A DNA stretch of 64,000 nt from Phycisphaerae bacterium (GCA_016794925.1 JAEUIW010000014.1:214-64213); one strand, 5' to 3'; shown: positions 11,001-19,065, numbered from the stretch's first letter. Notes: a model not told the origin generated them from the sequence alone. Made by a program: numbers and translations.

Positions 11001-14000
11001 GAGCCCAGGTCCTCCAGCGTCACGTCGCCGGTGTAATCGCTGGTGCGCTGCGAGACCGGCACCAGCGCCCCGCCGCCGTTGGCGGGGTTGATCGAGCCGG
11101 CGTTCACGCCCAGGGGCGCGCCGTTGGTCTGGGTGGGCCCGAACTGCAGGCCCAGGAAGGGCCCGATCTTCTTGGGGCCCACGCTGTTGGTCTGGGTGCG
11201 GCCGAGGTCGCCGCTCAGGATCGTCAGGTTCGTCAGGCCCAGCACGTCGACGGCGACCAGGTCGCCGTTGGGCGTGCGGTTCGAGATCGTCGCCAGCGCC
11301 GGGCCGGCGGTCTGATCGATCCGCAGCACGTCGATCTCCGTCGTGCCCTCGATGAAGATGCTGGACTGCGCGGCGTTGTTCGCTCCCGCCTGCGTGACGA
11401 TCGAGATGTGCCCGATGGACCCCACGCCCTTGTCGGTGCCGCTGATCCGCAGGTTGGCCCCGCCGATGAGCGTCGCGTCGATGCGCGCGATCGCCACGCC
11501 CCGCGACCCGGCCACCGGCAGCACCCGCACCCGGCCCGAGGACCCCGCCGCCGCGGCGGTGCCGTCGGCGATGCGGATGGTCACCGCGGCGCCCGAATCG
11601 TCGATGAGCGTGAGCGCCTGGTTGTACGTGAGGGTGTAGAACGAGTCCGGGTTGGCGTTGTCGAAGTCGCCGATGGCGATCTGGTCGAAGTCCGCGAAGC
11701 GGATGTCCGACCCGGCCCCGAGGTTGATGCCGGGCTGGCGGCGCTCGATCGAGCCCAGACGCCCCGCCACGCCCGAGGCGCCGATCACGAACCGGTCGAT
11801 GGTGGAGCCGGGGCTGGTCCGCAGGTTGAAACCGCCGCCCTGGATGAACGCGCCGACGAGGATCCCGCCGATGTCCCCGTTGCCGCCGTTCACGCCCGTG
11901 CGCACGTTGACCACCTCGGCGTCGGTCTGGAACGAGCCGACATCCTGGAAGAACCGCACGGCCCCGCGCCAGTCGAGCAGGCCGATCCGCCCGCCCACCT
12001 GCAGGTCCAGGTCGAGCACGTCGCCCTCGCCGGTCCCCACGCCCACCACCAGGGCCTGCCCGGTGACAAACACGCCCAGGTCGCCGCCGATGGTGAACTT
12101 CGGCCCCGGGGAGCCGTCGTTCCGCACCCCGTACACGTCCGAGCCCGCGTAGATGCTGTAGAGGTTCCCCGGCGTGCTCACGGACAGCTCGCGGACGTAG
12201 AGCAGTTGGTCCACCCCGAGCGCGGTGTTGATGACCTCTGAGGGGTTGGTCTCGGCGCCCTCGCCGCCCACGTAGCCGGTGCCGATCCGGATCGCGCCGA
12301 CGCTCCCCGAGAGCACACTGATGTTCACCGGGCTCTGGAAATTGCCCGTGCGGGCGCCGGAGCGGAACGAGCCCAGCGTGGTGGGCAGCATGCCCGTCAT
12401 CGTCACCACGTACTGCTGCGCCCGGTCGAAGCCGCCCTCGACGGGCGTGTTGAGCACGAGGTAGTACACGTCCGTGTACTCCGGCTCGAACCGGAACCGC
12501 GACGCCAGGTCGTTCTTCGTGCCCCCGAGCGTGAAGAAGCCGAAGCGGTCGCGGAAGCCGCTCAGCGGGGACTGCACCGACGAGTTGTTGTCCCCGTTGA
12601 GGCGCGACTGGCTCAGGAACGAGTAGTCCGTGGCCGCCAGCACCCGGCCGTCACGGTCCACGATCCGCGCATAGCCGCCGGTCACCGCGAAGCCGCCCGA
12701 CCACAGCACGTCCACCGTCAGCGGGCTGCCGGGGCCCGCCGCGAACGCGTACACGTCCGCGGGATCGTCGTTCGCGTTGACCGGGTCCTGGAAGCCCAGG
12801 TCGCCCGTGATCCGCACCGCGGTCCCCGCGTTGCCGACGTACTCGGCGCTGCCGATGGAGTCGTTGCGGAAATGTGAATTGCCGAACGCCACCGCCTGGT
12901 TGGACGGGAAGTCGTTGTTGAAGAGCACCAGCCTGAAGACGTCCGTCTTGTCCGTCAGCGTCCCGGTGTTCGCGAACCCGGTCCCGTACTGGAACTCGCG
13001 CTCGGCGTGCTCGAAGTAGTTGATCGCGGGCTTGGCCGGATCGTTCAGGTCCCCCTGCACGGTCACGCTGGACTGGTTCCGCCCCGCGATCGCGATCTCG
13101 CCCACCGTGCGCCCCACGAAGATCTGGGACCGCGTCGAGTTCATCGGCTCTTCGAAGGTGGTCGCCGTCACGTCGTCACGGACCCACACGCCGCTGTCCG
13201 ACGCCACGATGTACTGGCCCATGTCCCCGGTCACCGCCACGCTGCCCAGCATGTACCCGATCGCCAGCCGGTCCACGCTGCCCGTGAACCGCGAGCTGCC
13301 GTGCACCGCGCCGTGGATGATCACCGACCCGATGTTCGCGCCGTTGGTCGTGAACAGCCCCTGGTTCGGAGCCTGGAACAGGTCGGGGTTGCTGATCAGC
13401 GTCGCCGGCGACGGGTTGGTGAGGTACGCCGTCGGGTTCGTCAGCGAGCGCACGAACGGGCTGCCGACCACGACCGAGCCCGAGCCCTTGGGCAGGCCGA
13501 TGACCCGCGGCGGCGTCTCGTTGGTCAACGCGTACCCGAAGCCCGCGCTCTCAAATTCCGAGAAGAACCCGCTCACCTCGGAGGGGAGCGTGAACGGCGT
13601 GTTCTGGATGTTCAGGCCGTACATCGTGAAGTTGGAGCGCGCGTCCGTGCCGCTGAACACGATCCGGCCGAGGCCGTCGTTGAAGTCCGGCACCCCGTCC
13701 TTGTTGATGTCCACCCGCAGCACGTCGCCGGTGCCCAGCAGGTCCGTCGTCAGCTGCATGTCCCGGTCGTTAAGGTCGAAGAACTGCGCCGAGGCGCCCA
13801 CCGGGCCCGTGAAGCTCACGCGCGCCCCCCACGCCCGCGGCGCCAGCAGCGCGTTGAAGATCGGCGGCGGGATGAACGCGTTCAGGTTGTCGATCTGGAA
13901 CTGATCGAAATACGCGCCGTTGAGCTGGTTCGCCGAACTGAACCGCACCTCGTTGAAGAACCCGCCGTTGGCCGTCGTCAGCGTGTACCGGCGCGTCCCG

Positions 14001-14683
14001 TCGGGGAGCGTCTGGAAGGGCGCCGCGGCGTTGCCGCCGAAGAAGCGCCGCACGATGGTCCCTTGCAGCAGGAGCTCGACCTGGGTCCCCGTGTTGGGAT
14101 CGGTGTCCAACCCGCCGTTCTGCGGGCCGATGTCCAGCACCACCGACCGCGCCGCCCGCGCGATCGGGTTGGGCGGGACCGCGTCGAAGCCCGACTCGTA
14201 CACGAACGACAGTTGGCCCAGGCCGCTGATCGACACGCGCAGGTCCAGGTCCGTCGTGCTGCCGGTGCCCACCACCAGCGCCGCGCCCGCCCCCACGCCG
14301 TACGCCAGCCGCGCCCCGCTGCCCTGAAAGCGATAACCCGGCGGCGTCGCCGTGCCCTGGCCCTCATCATCGAAGGGCTCGACCACCTGCGTGTCGGCCG
14401 ATTGCGCCGGCGTGAAATCCCGGAACAAGTACGGCAGCACGTACCCGAAGTCCGCGCCCACCGTGCCCAGGCCCGTGGTCGGATCGACCGCGTCCGCCGT
14501 CACCGTCAACGCGAACAGCAATCGCCGCTCTTCGAGCGCGCTCATCATCGGCTCAGGAGCCGCGCCCGCCGCGCGCGCCAGCCGCTCCGCACGCGGGTCC
14601 GCCCGCGTCTCTTCTCGATTCGCCGCCCCACGAGTTCCGGTCAGCCCGAGCGATCCCAGCAGCCGCGCCATCGTCCGCTTCAT
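5072..14683 (-). CDS. giant (3203 aa) secreted/surface beta-helical repeat protein with PPC-like domains
   Basis: Uninterrupted 9.6-kb ORF with GAGGAG 5 nt upstream of the ATG. N-terminal MKRTMARLLGSLGL... followed by ALEERRLLFA. Long central region of degenerate ~20-25 aa G.I..I.V.G.I..S.I repeats. D.DVY/D.DLY motifs of pre-peptidase C-terminal-type domains. Normal non-shadow amino-acid composition. Confidence 0.9.
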   Translation of the reverse strand: MKRTMARLLGSLGLTGTRGAANREETRADPRAERLARAAGAAPEPMMSALEERRLLFALTVTADAVDPTTGLGTVGADFGYVLPYLFRDFTPAQSADTQVVEPFDDEGQGTATPPGYRFQGSGARLAYGVGAGAALVVGTGSTTDLDLRVSISGLGQLSFVYESGFDAVPPNPIARAARSVVLDIGPQNGGLDTDPNTGTQVELLLQGTIVRRFFGGNAAAPFQTLPDGTRRYTLTTANGGFFNEVRFSSANQLNGAYFDQFQIDNLNAFIPPPIFNALLAPRAWGARVSFTGPVGASAQFFDLNDRDMQLTTDLLGTGDVLRVDINKDGVPDFNDGLGRIVFSGTDARSNFTMYGLNIQNTPFTLPSEVSGFFSEFESAGFGYALTNETPPRVIGLPKGSGSVVVGSPFVRSLTNPTAYLTNPSPATLISNPDLFQAPNQGLFTTNGANIGSVIIHGAVHGSSRFTGSVDRLAIGYMLGSVAVTGDMGQYIVASDSGVWVRDDVTATTFEEPMNSTRSQIFVGRTVGEIAIAGRNQSSVTVQGDLNDPAKPAINYFEHAEREFQYGTGFANTGTLTDKTDVFRLVLFNNDFPSNQAVAFGNSHFRNDSIGSAEYVGNAGTAVRITGDLGFQDPVNANDDPADVYAFAAGPGSPLTVDVLWSGGFAVTGGYARIVDRDGRVLAATDYSFLSQSRLNGDNNSSVQSPLSGFRDRFGFFTLGGTKNDLASRFRFEPEYTDVYYLVLNTPVEGGFDRAQQYVVTMTGMLPTTLGSFRSGARTGNFQSPVNISVLSGSVGAIRIGTGYVGGEGAETNPSEVINTALGVDQLLYVRELSVSTPGNLYSIYAGSDVYGVRNDGSPGPKFTIGGDLGVFVTGQALVVGVGTGEGDVLDLDLQVGGRIGLLDWRGAVRFFQDVGSFQTDAEVVNVRTGVNGGNGDIGGILVGAFIQGGGFNLRTSPGSTIDRFVIGASGVAGRLGSIERRQPGINLGAGSDIRFADFDQIAIGDFDNANPDSFYTLTYNQALTLIDDSGAAVTIRIADGTAAAAGSSGRVRVLPVAGSRGVAIARIDATLIGGANLRISGTDKGVGSIGHISIVTQAGANNAAQSSIFIEGTTEIDVLRIDQTAGPALATISNRTPNGDLVAVDVLGLTNLTILSGDLGRTQTNSVGPKKIGPFLGLQFGPTQTNGAPLGVNAGSINPANGGGALVPVSQRTSDYTGDVTLEDLGSPLNGYLNGIVIRTGALTLAEIGGAVGDIVLQGGDATAFIQSLIVNRDGVTPVGRFDGIVGVIYAFDIVRIDVGDGLRGPGPSPLAQAGIFADNDIQTIIAGGRIASVVMSGLILASNVNLDVSPPGSGTSIVNGLGPITMTNARVDGAFFGAATLDAWWLSARFYGLVQRADARIPRGEISNLRLVNSDLLRSKVYGALLTNLTVAGGAFDASSVEIEGNIISIAADEFRNSTKDGERREYRFNEIRASGDVGTIRTTPAGGGTGGTGGKNQVIGDMSDLEIDVHGQLLTLLTARNIVRSKIDFDDRVVSIVALNDLRASTITTGRLESLAVTGDIRSSSITTAGAIVSIIAGGSITSTDIFSEGPDGRIDLVQVGQFLTGNIRASGPIATITSTGGQIIATITTTDASDGSLGLLSAAGDLQVSLDIARDVGTVTSGGSVGGRGGGGEVLDTLNVRGNLGSITARGQIYADVRVGGSITGVITIGRVVALPGNDLVSRASFRAFGRINSFVITGDFDGSIISESGGIGTVLITDGSFRPGNQIVARDGDIVRVAITGGHLMGDIIADGTIFAVEVLAAANGFWGDMGVNPNLSDAIRFDDLRNQLPPGATPVPTFQGPQIRAGRNIGLVNIQKGSMWESSIVAGWAIGRIYVDGVILNDDITPGLGGSFIVAGDSIDTIEVGDFAGGLIVHAGIIDLGRDGRPGGVGVNTDTVKWGRINSILFRKSTGAVTISAGMVAGFDGVYNTGDDLLANGISSIGTVVVAGAPPTQSSVYADNGLGFTSPGLRRGGPGQNQSNTTLVPPIVPATGLIPAAGLEITTATGERARIFFTGPGRAFWSQATQTVNIINSTSASTIVVQAITGTLTNFSVLTNDGSSLGLMDIQPSIFGNSNFFADGYVGTMRFGYIQTSGVIGSGMDITTFVSGPMTSGSMLTNFIVAATIFGDYGTLAPATSKLTAGAGGSITITGRHAGIVNVARNLGSLTINGRVDGGRSRVGLFLGSYVSGAMFRAGLSTGDGIGSVVVNGTADDSYIYAGADLGSDAAFGGLGDAADRVTDGALGPVTINGDFTRSDVAAGVSRGADGFLGTPDDVADDGRSSIGNVIVTGGNVGSGLNSESYRVSSTGTIGAVTVGGAAFNASGNFAVVRVGADPFPVEVARLEVGEDSNIWTAAIVFNQPVTQSTISPALTVAEVRNGGALTVGLAEGSDYTLRYDPASNSALVTFSPDVTRRDLPQAPGVPGPGTYRFTIDAAILRGQSQRNRLDGNSDGQAAGDTDDYIANQVVGDAGDKGGNGFIGNNGGLRVDFYPAADLNLVMDGPASQDGLPDTNKPYTIKGAIGDHPDSDPVFFRTGGDVDLYQIFLRAGQILRLGKLEGAASEAQRVVASGNAFNGTAGLTPSLINNPELLSLPVQPAGYDDITLRDEYLVRETGTYFVIVAGSLTDTGSSQQVNFGDNSVYNVPPEGASTGTYSFTIEVFDDADTGFAGDTDSGDGVVVGTPPSASQFGSGDTIVRGSYTYTLFRDGPTEATWVVSGSNGGGIFSERRAGPDGVFASGATTGDDQIVSFVAGAIGQGGASGVPSQVQSDVDVYRLNNGDPIVPGTRIRATMRLNEFGSNLGYITPLRERLGENVVFRIPDFRGAVQMAVFETTSATGVGDAQLIAAPSAFKAVSGTPKAVTGSDLSNHYGYDENGDFFIEFIAPPRQGIAGSVPARLALYVQGVLRSDYTLEIRTLGVDTYSVQPQNIFIETRGGSINWIEAGRNITTSLRSYTTSGVGFSGFISGVAVDTYVLNNTITALNTLFRDAGVNVVLSTNVAQFENQDFSTLVLTGSNEPPAFFDNQTFGASQRADAFNADRNDQAVVFIPALSVLQYNPGKVGIDQFVQSLTAASARRIGELLGLRLQEVFVSPAGTTAPPVDVMASDSVPNIPTAGAVYRFSTTAREISSNTDLLGSTNFFLGLQADVSLLQRILPLR

Positions 14684-15138
14684 GATGACTCCTCACCCCG
14701 ACACATCAGACGCCGAAACTGAAAACTCCGACGACCGTTCCTCGGCTCTACGCGGCATCCACGTCCCGGCACCGGGCCGCGGCGGCACGCACACATACTC
14801 CCACTCGAGCCGGGCTCCCGTTGGTCGCTGGCCGCCGGTTCGGCCCTGGCTCCCCCATCGCGTTCGACCCACGATTCACTCGCGGATTCGCCCAACCAAC
14901 GGAGGGCCGAAGCCTAACCCAATCGGCCCGCCTCCGCAAGTCGTCCCGCGCCGCCCGCACCGGGCTTCCGGCTCAGGCCCCGGGATCTGTGCAACAGGCT
15001 CGGCCAGGTTCAATACGCCCACGCCATCGGTCGGGATGCGACTGGTTCAATTGGATTGAGAGGATCGCTCCGAACCCCTTTTTTTGGTGAACGCGCAACT
15101 CAACGACTCGTCGAGCCGATCGGAATGGCCGCTTCACC

Positions 15139-15167
15139 TTCGCTCGCCGAGTCCGGCCGGGTATACT
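15139..15167 (+). promoter_or_regulatory. candidate sigma70-like promoter for tRNA-Ile
   Basis: TTCGCT-N17-TATACT (-10 at 15162-15167), about 43 nt upstream of the tRNA 5' end. Motif reading only. Confidence 0.3.
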
Positions 15168-15209
15168 CCGCCCCGAGCGGTGTCCGGCGCGCAATCGGAT
15201 GCCGTGAGC

Positions 15210-15283
15210 GGGCTTGTAGCTCAGGTGGCTAGAGCGCACCCCTGATAAGGGTGAGGTCGCAGGTTCGACTCCTGCCAGGCCCA
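15210..15283 (+). tRNA. tRNA-Ile (anticodon GAU)
   Basis: Hand-folded cloverleaf. Acceptor GGGCTTG/CAGGCCC (one G-U), D stem GCTC/GAGC, anticodon stem CACCC/GGGTG, loop CTGATAA, T arm GCAGG-TTCGACT-CCTGC, discriminator A. 74 nt. CCA is not encoded. Confidence 0.9.
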
Positions 15284-15304
15284 TTCGCGGAGCACTGCGA
15301 AATC

Positions 15305-15330
15305 TCCGCCGGATTGTGCCCCCCGGCGGA
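15305..15330. terminator. hairpin between convergent tRNA and CDS (possible bidirectional terminator)
   Basis: TCCGCCGG-N10-CCGGCGGA, an 8-bp stem between the tRNA 3' end (15283) and the stop of the minus-strand gene (15341). No clear U-run on either strand. Confidence 0.35.
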
Positions 15331-15340
15331 CACGCGACGG

Positions 15341-16561
15341 TCAGTTCGCTCCGCCGCCCAGAGCGTGACCCAGCGCAATCAATGCGTAGGAAGCGATCAG
15401 CACGCCGTCGTTTTCCATCCACCGATCATCAACAACCCGGAAGCTGCCGTCCGCCTGCTGCAAGGAAACCAGCCGGTCGATCAGGTCGTTGGCCCAGTCA
15501 CGCTCGGTCGCGGCGCCGTCGGGTGTGATCACGTTCAGCGTGGGCTCGGCCCGGGCGTCCATCGCCCGCGCGAACATGAGGTAGTAGTAGTACATCCCGT
15601 CCGTTCCCAGCCCGGGGTTCTCTTCCAGCGTGTAGTTCCTCGCGATCCAACCTGTCGCCGCGACAACCCTCGGATCATCTTTCTTCAGGCCCGCGTAGAT
15701 GAGGCTCTTGAACCCCGCGTAGGTCATCGACCCGTAGGCCCGGAGGCGACTGACGGTGGTCCCGTCGTCAAGCGTCTCATCGATCGAGCCCGCGAAGCTC
15801 TGACCGACGCCCGGTTGATCGCCCTCCGGGCCGGTGGCGTAGATAAACCCTCCCTGGCGCGTCCCGTCCGCGTAGGGCATGTCGTTCACCGCATCGACCA
15901 TCTGCACCCTCGCCAGGAAGATCCGCGCGCGCGTGAACGCCGCGTCGTCCGCCGGGACGCCCGAATCGTGCAGCGCCTGGAGCATGAAGGCCAGGTTCGA
16001 CAGGTCCGGACGGCTGTGCTTGCCGTAGCCGACGCCGCCATAAAACGGATGATCCGCCCCCACCTTCCCGGGCACCTCCGCCCCGACGCCCGGGCCGGCT
16101 CCCTCCCACCATTGGCCGGCCCGTACGAAGTCCTGCGCGGGCCGGATCGCGGCCCCCGCCTCCGGGGAACCCACCCGCGCCAACATGCTCAACGAAATCG
16201 CCGTGTTGTACGAGGGGAGCACCCGGTCGTAGATCCCGCCGTCGGGCTGCCGCAATGAGAGCACGAACGAAACACCCCGCGCCAACGCAGGATCCCGGAT
16301 CGATTCACCCTTGAGCAGCAGACCGTTCAGCGCCAGCGCCGAGATCGCCGGCATCACCGGCGGCCTGGGCTGGCCCTCGACCGTCGCGGGCACGCTCCAG
16401 CCCCCCGTCGCGACGTCCTGCTTGCTCCGCAGGAATTCCGCGGCCTTCGCCGCGGCCGCGCGACCGCGGCCCGCGTGCTCCTCGTCGATCGCGTGAACCG
16501 GGGCCGTCAGAAGGCCCGCGCACGCCGCCGCGAGTATTGATCCGCGCAGGGCCCGCATCAT
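15341..16561 (-). CDS. prenyltransferase/squalene-oxidase repeat (terpene cyclase-like alpha/alpha toroid) secreted protein
   Basis: Signal peptide MMRALRGSILAAACAGLLTAPVHA. Repeated Q.DGG(W/F) motifs (KQDVATGGW, RQPDGGIY, QQADGSF). Composition typical of this repeat family. Confidence 0.7.
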   Translation of the reverse strand: MMRALRGSILAAACAGLLTAPVHAIDEEHAGRGRAAAAKAAEFLRSKQDVATGGWSVPATVEGQPRPPVMPAISALALNGLLLKGESIRDPALARGVSFVLSLRQPDGGIYDRVLPSYNTAISLSMLARVGSPEAGAAIRPAQDFVRAGQWWEGAGPGVGAEVPGKVGADHPFYGGVGYGKHSRPDLSNLAFMLQALHDSGVPADDAAFTRARIFLARVQMVDAVNDMPYADGTRQGGFIYATGPEGDQPGVGQSFAGSIDETLDDGTTVSRLRAYGSMTYAGFKSLIYAGLKKDDPRVVAATGWIARNYTLEENPGLGTDGMYYYYLMFARAMDARAEPTLNVITPDGAATERDWANDLIDRLVSLQQADGSFRVVDDRWMENDGVLIASYALIALGHALGGGAN

Positions 16562-16568
16562 TCAACTC

Positions 16569-17300
16569 CTAAGGATCGTGATCCGGCGCGTCATTATTGG
16601 CGGCCGACTCCGCCGCCACGATGGCCGCCGCGCCGACCACCGCGGCGGTCTCCAATCGCATGACGTGGGGGCCGAAGCCCGCGCAACGGATCCCCGCGTC
16701 GCCGGCCGCCGCCCGCTCGGATTCGGTCCAACCGCCCTCCGGTCCGACGAGGAGCCGAATCCGCTCCGCGCCCAACGCCCGGTACGGCGGCGCGGCCGCG
16801 TCGGCGAGCACGATCGAGACGCCCTCGGCGCGCAGCGCCTCGTCCCACGTCGCCGCGGGACCGATCACCATGAGCCACGCCCGTCCGCACTGCTTTGATG
16901 ATTCCACCGCCAGGCGCGCCAACCGGTCGAGCTTGTTCGCCCTCGGATCCACCACTCCCCGCTCGGTGCGTATCGGCCTCCACCCTGCGGCGCCGACCTC
17001 GCTGAGCCCCTCGATCATCTCGTCGGCTCGCCCGCCCTTGGGAGTCGCGGTCCAGACCTCAACCTCCGGCCTCGGACGCGGCACACGCCTCCGCGCCACC
17101 ACCTCCAACCGAAGCGTTTCCCGGCCCGCATCCACCACCCGGGTGCTGGCGACCTCGCCATCCCCGCACAACAGCTCGACCATCTCACCGGGCCGCACAC
17201 GTTTCACCCGCAGCGCGTGCCGTGCTTCCTCGCCCATGATCTTGATCTCACCCCCGACGTCGGGCGGAACGCCGGGCCAATACACGCGGTGAATCGACAT
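16569..17300 (-). CDS. rsmE: 16S rRNA (uracil1498-N3)-methyltransferase
   Basis: MSIHRVYWPG...ARHALRVKRVRPGE (PUA-like N-terminus). C-terminal LLVGPEGGWTESE...G..LR.ETAA SPOUT knot motifs. Start at cat 17298-17300. Confidence 0.85.
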   Translation of the reverse strand: MSIHRVYWPGVPPDVGGEIKIMGEEARHALRVKRVRPGEMVELLCGDGEVASTRVVDAGRETLRLEVVARRRVPRPRPEVEVWTATPKGGRADEMIEGLSEVGAAGWRPIRTERGVVDPRANKLDRLARLAVESSKQCGRAWLMVIGPAATWDEALRAEGVSIVLADAAAPPYRALGAERIRLLVGPEGGWTESERAAAGDAGIRCAGFGPHVMRLETAAVVGAAAIVAAESAANNDAPDHDP

Positions 17301-17511
17301 CGGCAGTAAACTCCAGCGCGCACTCAATCTTCCCCCCCCACCCCCCCACTCCACCCCCCAGCTCATCCCCCGTCCCCAGCGCCGCTCCGCCGCCGGGCGG
17401 ACGTAAGGCGGAGGATCGCGGACGCATATGGTCTCAGGTTATCGGCAATCGAGCTTGAGTTTCCCTCGGCCACGGTCGATCATCCTCCGGATCGGACGCC
17501 AGGAGCGATCG

Positions 17512-18486
17512 ATGCCCGATGTCGGTGCGCCAACTCAGCCCCCCGCTCCTCCTCCTACGGAGGATCTCGGACGCGAGGTGGACCGGCTCCTCGAGGAGAC
17601 GGACCAGGCCGTCGGTCGCCGCGACTCTCTGCAACCTGGCGCGCCCGCCGCGACGGGTTCCAAGCCCGACAACGACTTTCTATCTCTGGACGATGCGCTG
17701 GCGGAAGCCGTCGATGAAGCTCGCGCCGATGCTTCCACGAACCAGGCTCCCGCGCCCGCGGCGACCGATCCCGGCCCGAGCACCTCCGAGCCGCTGCCGC
17801 AATCCCCGCCCGCTTCAACCAATCAGCCCGACCCCGCTCCCGAGGCGATCGGCGACCTTGACGCGGCGCTGGCGGAGGCCGCGGACGAGGCCATTGACGA
17901 GACCGATCCCGACGGCGCGATTTCCGTCGAGCCTCCTCTCGCCCCGGCCGCCGCCCAATCAGCGATGCGTCAACCCGACACGGCCCCGGGCAACATCGTG
18001 CCGAATGACGCGGACGACACCACACCGTCCGCGCGGCCGGAAGCCCGCGCCGAATCGGCCTCGCAAACGTCCGTCGATCCAGCGCCGAAGGCCGCGCGCG
18101 CCACGGGGCGGGACTTGCCGTCGCCGATCGAGCGAACGCTGGCACGCTTCGCCGCGCTGCCGCCCAAGGTCCATCAAACGCTCGGCTGGTGCGCGGCGAT
18201 CCTGGTGTTCAACGCCGTGGCCGTTTGGATCATCGCGCTGGTCAAGCTGCCGACCCCCGGCCCTTCCGTCATCGCGCCGACGGATGCCGCGCACGCAGCG
18301 GCGGGCGTGGGCGAGCCCGGGCACGAGGCACCCGGCGGCAAGGGCGACGCTCATGCCGCGAAGAAGCCCGCTCGCGCCGGTGAATCCAGGGAAAGCAAGA
18401 GCCCGCCAAAATCTCCGAAGAAGACCGATACGCATGAATCCAAGCCCGCGGCCAAGAAGGGCGCTGCGGGCGCGTCGGGGCACTGA
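17512..18486 (+). CDS. hypothetical acidic Pro/Ala-rich protein with one TM helix and Lys-rich tail
   Basis: ATG at 17512. Internal repeat LDDALAEAVDEA / LDAALAEAADEA. One TM segment (WCAAILVFNAVAVWIIALV). Basic C-terminus. No recognisable family. Confidence 0.5.
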   Translation: MPDVGAPTQPPAPPPTEDLGREVDRLLEETDQAVGRRDSLQPGAPAATGSKPDNDFLSLDDALAEAVDEARADASTNQAPAPAATDPGPSTSEPLPQSPPASTNQPDPAPEAIGDLDAALAEAADEAIDETDPDGAISVEPPLAPAAAQSAMRQPDTAPGNIVPNDADDTTPSARPEARAESASQTSVDPAPKAARATGRDLPSPIERTLARFAALPPKVHQTLGWCAAILVFNAVAVWIIALVKLPTPGPSVIAPTDAAHAAAGVGEPGHEAPGGKGDAHAAKKPARAGESRESKSPPKSPKKTDTHESKPAAKKGAAGASGH

Positions 18487-18495
18487 CGCCCGGGG

Positions 18496-18894
18496 CTACT
18501 TGTTTTTCTTCTTGTCGGCCGTGCCCTGGGGCTCTTCTTCCTCAAAGAAATGCTTCTCGAGCGCCGCGGCGATGTGTGTGGAACCGTCCTGCTTGGCCCG
18601 CGCGATCATCCACACGATGGCCTCCTCGAGGTACTGGTCCGCGTTGAACTTCTCGCCGGACGCCCGCCGTCCAATGCCCGCGGAAAAGCTGTGGTCGAAC
18701 GCCTGCTTGTGCGCTTCCTCGACGAGATAGTCGTAGTACTCCTTGTACTCACGATAGTTCTCGACTTCCGAGATGATGGTCTTCATGTCCCACGCCACTT
18801 CCTTGCTGGCGTTGAACTTGCGGTACGCCGGGTACGCGAAGACCACAACCAGGCCCAGAAGAGCAAGGGCAATCCGGATCTTGTAATACTCCAT
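18496..18894 (-). CDS. hypothetical small membrane-anchored protein (low G+C)
   Basis: MEYYKIRIALALLGLVVVFAYPAY N-terminal anchor. K/E/Y-rich soluble part. A hand count gives 28/60 G+C in the line starting at 18721. Confidence 0.55.
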   Translation of the reverse strand: MEYYKIRIALALLGLVVVFAYPAYRKFNASKEVAWDMKTIISEVENYREYKEYYDYLVEEAHKQAFDHSFSAGIGRRASGEKFNADQYLEEAIVWMIARAKQDGSTHIAAALEKHFFEEEEPQGTADKKKNK

Positions 18895-19065
18895 ACTCCA
18901 CGCGTCCTTTCCGCGCGGCGAGCGCGTCCGCCATTTCGGAACGCGCAACCCCGGCGCATCGGGATATTACCGCGCGCCATGTCGAACGCAAGATGACATG
19001 TTTGCGCGCCGCGGCGGGAGAATTCCCACGTCACACGAATTCGTGTGTTTCTCGCCCCGGCGCAC

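Noticed and set aside
6974-12241. 1755-aa plus-strand ORF, and other plus-strand ORFs inside 5072-14683
   Set aside because: It is antisense to the giant gene. Composition is extreme (Gly/Arg/Asp/Ala/Val/His) with no motifs. This is a typical shadow ORF of a high-G+C coding region.
15060-15095. T8 run (cccctttttttt) as a rho-independent terminator
   Set aside because: No convincing GC-rich hairpin precedes it. No plus-strand gene ends upstream. On the minus strand it is an A-run.
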